Of a DNA stretch of 10,193 nucleotides, positions 6,900 through 10,193 are shown in pieces (positions within the stretch are counted from its first letter, which is position 1; each line of letters starts with the position of its first letter). The stretch lies in contig JALUCS010000091.1 in NCBI GenBank assembly GCA_027050205.1, positions 1-10,193 on the forward strand, given 5' to 3'. Source of the DNA: a candidate division WOR-3 bacterium. Lineage in GTDB: Bacteria > Hydrothermota > Hydrothermia > LBFQ01. A program made the position numbers and the translations under genes. The notes under the pieces were generated by a model. That model was not told the origin of the DNA, ran no database searches, and saw only the letters and a program-made list of their open reading frames with translations.

Positions 6900-8063
6900 T
6901 CAAATTGCCCGGCCTTGGCAAAAGCGATCCTTCAGAAAGTTTGCCCACCCCTCCCCCTCATCGGACAGGAAGGTGCCGTACCTTAGGGTTATAGCGAAAT
7001 CCATAGGATACCCCCTCGCCTCCCTTAAGCGGCTCAAGTACTCGTCGTACCTACGCTCCGGGGCGGTACTTCCGGGGAATATCAGGTGGGCGTAGTTCCT
7101 CCCCTCCCTCCCCAGGAGCTTGTGGAACGCCAGGACGATGCGTCCCCTATCGTACCTTGGGAACCGCCTTTCAACCTTCCCCTCCATTATCCGAAGCCTC
7201 CCCGCAAAGGAGATGTAGGGCCTGTTGTGGATACGTTTATCCACGTACCACCAGAGGGCGTAGTACCCGAACGGCCATTTACGGACGTAGGTCACCTTAT
7301 TGCCGGTCCTTACGGAATTTGCATACAATTTTTGAGCATTTATACGATTTATACGGGAAAAATTGCGAATTTTTTGGTGTTCATAACCAAAGACACCAGC
7401 ATATATTGATGCGATCTGGTAAGAAAGGAGGTCCCCTAGTCCTCGTGCCAACTCCTTACCTGCAACCACCTTGGAGGCATCCCCTTCCGTTAAGCCTGCG
7501 GTCAGGAGGCTGTCTATCCCCCACCCTAAGAAGCCCTGTTCCATGGACCTGTGAGCCACATCGTTCAGGACCTCTATCCCCCGGTCAACGAGTCCGGAGA
7601 AGATGAGGTACAGCCCTTGGAGGTACCGTCCGTAGAGATGGCTCATCCTGTGGGGGAAGGGTACGTTGAGGGAGGGTCTCTCACCGGCAAGGATTTTGAG
7701 GTAGTCCAAAATGAACCCGGAGATCCCGTTCCTTTCTACGATTTCCATAGCCGTCGGGACGTTCCCGTAGGCGGCCTCAATCCACGCCCTAAGAGCCGGA
7801 GATAGACGGGGTAAGATACGCTCAAGTTCCCTTAGGTTCATAGTCCTGAAGTGCGCGAACGCCCACGCCGAGAGCTCCCCTTCGGCAAAGTGGGGGTACG
7901 TAGCGAGGAGCCTCCTGACGGAACGCACCTGTCGCATCGTCGTAAGGACCCTGACCAGACTGCGGAAGGTCCTGACCGAGGGGCTGAACTTGAAACTCCG
8001 GAGGGAAATCCTCAAGGCACTGCGTACATTTCCAGAAAAAATGTACTCATCAACCCTATCCAT
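6900..8063 (-). CDS. Putative transcriptional regulator: helical/TPR-like N-terminus, C-terminal SARP-like winged helix and BTAD fragment
   Basis: 387-aa ORF. ISFAGRLRI...RGRIVLAF...AHLIFPGSTAPERRYDEYLSRLREARG resembles the SARP/OmpR DNA-binding pattern (LxLLG..., LLWP, LSRLR). AITLRYGTFLSDEGEGWANFLKDRF resembles the BTAD pattern (ALALYRGxFL...W...RERL). CDS is solid; the product is from remembered patterns. Confidence 0.6.
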   Translation of the reverse strand: MDRVDEYIFSGNVRSALRISLRSFKFSPSVRTFRSLVRVLTTMRQVRSVRRLLATYPHFAEGELSAWAFAHFRTMNLRELERILPRLSPALRAWIEAAYGNVPTAMEIVERNGISGFILDYLKILAGERPSLNVPFPHRMSHLYGRYLQGLYLIFSGLVDRGIEVLNDVAHRSMEQGFLGWGIDSLLTAGLTEGDASKVVAGKELARGLGDLLSYQIASIYAGVFGYEHQKIRNFSRINRINAQKLYANSVRTGNKVTYVRKWPFGYYALWWYVDKRIHNRPYISFAGRLRIMEGKVERRFPRYDRGRIVLAFHKLLGREGRNYAHLIFPGSTAPERRYDEYLSRLREARGYPMDFAITLRYGTFLSDEGEGWANFLKDRFCQGRAI

Positions 8064-8072
8064 CCGTGGGCG

Positions 8073-8078
8073 ATTTTA
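8073..8078 (-). promoter_or_regulatory. -10 box TAAAAT, 9 nt before ATG at 8063
   Basis: Minus strand reads TAAAAT-cgcccacgg-ATG. Confidence 0.6.
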
Positions 8079-8146
8079 ACGCCGAAGGTACCCTGCTGTT
8101 CCCCACCGTGAGGGTAACCCTTCCCCACGGGGACGCCTTTCTACGG

Positions 8147-8152
8147 TACAAT
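8147..8152 (+). promoter_or_regulatory. -10 box TACAAT, 8 nt before ATG at 8161
   Basis: TACAAT-accttagt-ATG, no Shine-Dalgarno. Confidence 0.6.
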
Positions 8153-8160
8153 ACCTTAGT

Positions 8161-9468
8161 ATGGTACTGCTGCTGATAGCAGATCCACCCTTTACGGTCG
8201 TTAGGGTGGACAATCGTCCGGACGCCACGAGCCATATGGAGGTCTCCGGCGCGGTGATGTATCGCACCGGTGGGGTGGGGTGGATAAGCGACGTCTCCGG
8301 TGGGAACGACTACGAGGTATCTTCGGACTCCGGGAGGACGTGGGGGTCCCCGTACGGGGTGGGTTCGGAGTGCTGCGACCCCGTCATCCGTATAACGGAC
8401 ACCGTCGTCCACCGGATATACCTCGGAGGGTACGAGACCGGCTACGCCAAGTCCTACGACTTCGGTATGACCTGGACCACCCCTCAAAACATAAGTTCCT
8501 GTACGAGTACGGACCACCCGTGGATAGCCTATAGGAACGATACCCTGGTCGTCATCTACGCGGACTACTGCGACTACGACCTCAAGGCCGCCTACTCCTA
8601 CGACGGTGGGGACACGTGGAACAGGGCTACGGTATATACCAGCGGTGGCGTTCCCCTCGCCGCACGGGACGACTCCCTCTTCTACGCCCTGTGGTGGAAC
8701 TACACCTCTTCCTGCATATACATACAGGTAGCCTCCTCACCCGATGGCCGTACGTGGTCCAGCCCATCAACCTCCGCCTGTATGAGTACGGACGTCTCCT
8801 CCAACCCCTATCCCGTCGGGTACGAGGCCGCTGGCTGGGGGAGGGGGAACGTTGCCGTCGCCTATATGGCGGACGTTGGCTCCTACGACTGGGACATAGA
8901 GGTGGTCGTCTCCAACGATGGGGGAAGGACGTGGTCCTCCCCGGTTAAGGTCTCGGACCAACCCTCCGCCAACGAGTACATGCCCGCCATAGCCACCGAT
9001 CCCTACGGCAACCTCCACGTATTCTGGTACGACAACCGGGCCGGTTCCGGGCAGTGGGCGTTGTACTACGCCAAATCCACCGACGGAGGGGCAACCTGGT
9101 CCCCCGCCGTAAGGGTCACGGACTACTACTTCCCCTTCGTAGACCGGAGCGGATGCGGAGGGGTAAGCGACGTAGATTACTCCGGCGACTGCTGGCCGGG
9201 ACACTACATAGACGCCTGGGCTGACAGCAACTACGTTTACGTCTTCTGGTCGGACAACAGCGTATCCGACCACTGGCACGTCTTTATGGCCTACGCCCCC
9301 GTTTCGGGTACAGGTGCCGAGGAGTCCATCGTCGCCGTAGGGGAGGGTGGAAAGGTGGAGGCCTACGACGTTTCGGGCCGTCGCGTATCCGCCGACATCA
9401 ACCGCCTACCCGCCGGTGTCTATTTCATCGTCAGGGACGGAAAGGTTCGCAAAGTGGTAAGGAGGTGA
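8161..9468 (+). CDS. BNR/Asp-box repeat (sialidase-like) beta-propeller protein with short T9SS-like C-terminal domain
   Basis: Six Asp-boxes: SSDSGRTW, SYDFGMTW, SYDGGDTW, SPDGRTW, SNDGGRTW, STDGGATW. C-terminus VEAYDVSGRRV...LPAGVYFIVRDGKVRKVVRR. No RIP/FRIP motif, so sialidase activity is not claimed. Confidence 0.85.
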   Translation: MVLLLIADPPFTVVRVDNRPDATSHMEVSGAVMYRTGGVGWISDVSGGNDYEVSSDSGRTWGSPYGVGSECCDPVIRITDTVVHRIYLGGYETGYAKSYDFGMTWTTPQNISSCTSTDHPWIAYRNDTLVVIYADYCDYDLKAAYSYDGGDTWNRATVYTSGGVPLAARDDSLFYALWWNYTSSCIYIQVASSPDGRTWSSPSTSACMSTDVSSNPYPVGYEAAGWGRGNVAVAYMADVGSYDWDIEVVVSNDGGRTWSSPVKVSDQPSANEYMPAIATDPYGNLHVFWYDNRAGSGQWALYYAKSTDGGATWSPAVRVTDYYFPFVDRSGCGGVSDVDYSGDCWPGHYIDAWADSNYVYVFWSDNSVSDHWHVFMAYAPVSGTGAEESIVAVGEGGKVEAYDVSGRRVSADINRLPAGVYFIVRDGKVRKVVRR

Positions 9469-9470
9469 GT

Positions 9471-9833
9471 ATGCTCTGGCTTCTGGTTTGGACGCCTTTG
9501 GAGTACGGTGCGGTTTCGCCGGTGAAGGGGCAGGGTGATTACGTCGCCGCCGTTGTAGGGGGAGCGTACGAGACGGTGTCCTACGGGGTTGAGAGGGTTT
9601 CCTTCAGGGTTAAGGCCAGCGCCCCCTTCACCGTAATGGTGAAGTACTGGTACGATGGGGAGTTCTGGATGAGGAGGTTCCGCTACGATGCCGGGGAACG
9701 CACCTTGACCTTCTCCCTCCGGGGCAAGGAGGGGGCGGAGATGCTACCGACCCGCGGCTTAGGTCCCCGTCCGGCTGTCATAACCGTTAAGGGCGAGGGG
9801 GAACTCCTCCTGTCCGAAGTGAAATCGGAGTAA
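9471..9833 (+). CDS. Hypothetical beta-rich protein, coupled to the Asp-box gene
   Basis: AAGGAGGTGA Shine-Dalgarno spans the upstream stop. ATG 9471 is favoured over GTG 9465. Short hydrophobic N-terminus MLWLLVW. Confidence 0.65.
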   Translation: MLWLLVWTPLEYGAVSPVKGQGDYVAAVVGGAYETVSYGVERVSFRVKASAPFTVMVKYWYDGEFWMRRFRYDAGERTLTFSLRGKEGAEMLPTRGLGPRPAVITVKGEGELLLSEVKSE

Positions 9834-9837
9834 GGGT

Positions 9838-9860
9838 AGGCCTCCCGGTCCGGGGGGCCT
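9838..9860. terminator. GC-rich hairpin between convergent genes, possible bidirectional terminator
   Basis: AGGCCTCCCG-gtc-CGGGGGGCCT, 10-bp stem with one G-U pair; no clear U-tract. Confidence 0.45.
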
Positions 9861-9877
9861 CCGTTCCGCAGGTGAGG

Positions 9878-10193
9878 TCACCACTGCTTTGTGATGTGTA
9901 AGTAGGCCACAGGGTAGATGAGATAAACCGCCGTCGGGTCCACCCTCGTTATAGATATGAGGCGGTTGAAGAAGAATAGGAAGTTGCCCACACCGGCCCT
10001 GACCTTGAAACCCCTGTACTCCCACTCCTTCCCGCTACCCACCATAAGCGTGGGTGTTGAGCGATTGAAGGAATACTCCAAAACGTACTTTACGCACTGG
10101 TATCCACCTCCGGGTAAGGGTTCCCACTTCTCGCATCTGTAGTACCACCCGTAGGTCGGAAGGCCGTCGGCGAAGAGGATGGAGAGGTACGGG
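9878..10193 (-). CDS. C-terminal part of a putative outer-membrane beta-barrel protein, starts beyond the window
   Basis: Frame is open from 10192 to the stop at 9878: PYLSILFADGLPTYGWYYRCEKWEPLPGGGYQCVKYVLEYSFNRSTPTLMVGSGKEWEYRGFKVRAGVGNF...YPVAYLHITKQW. Amphipathic strands and terminal Trp resemble a beta-signal. Confidence 0.6.
   Translation of the reverse strand, partial: PYLSILFADGLPTYGWYYRCEKWEPLPGGGYQCVKYVLEYSFNRSTPTLMVGSGKEWEYRGFKVRAGVGNFLFFFNRLISITRVDPTAVYLIYPVAYLHITKQW

Overview
GC-rich, tightly packed region of a diderm bacterium (lpxK present). Three secreted proteins end in short T9SS-type C-terminal domains, suggesting an FCB-group or WOR-3-like organism (inference). Genes: partial biotin carboxylase (-), two paralogous Cys-rich FG-GAP proteins (-), a coupled queD / unknown DNA-binding protein / lpxK operon (-), a carbon-nitrogen hydrolase (+), a miniature TPR-SARP-like regulator (-), an Asp-box protein (+), a small hypothetical (+) and a partial putative outer-membrane protein (-). 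The main unexplained structure is two AT-rich spacers of about 540 bp (1820-2368, 4225-4762) bracketing the queD-lpxK operon. Each holds a degenerate 22-bp-period array, and the two arrays align without gaps in inverted orientation. Each spacer also has an inverted repeat and phased A-tracts in mirror layout. The enclosed DNA-binding protein is a candidate binder. All seven apparent first genes have a TAnnnT -10 box 6-9 nt before the start codon, implying leaderless or near-leaderless mRNAs.
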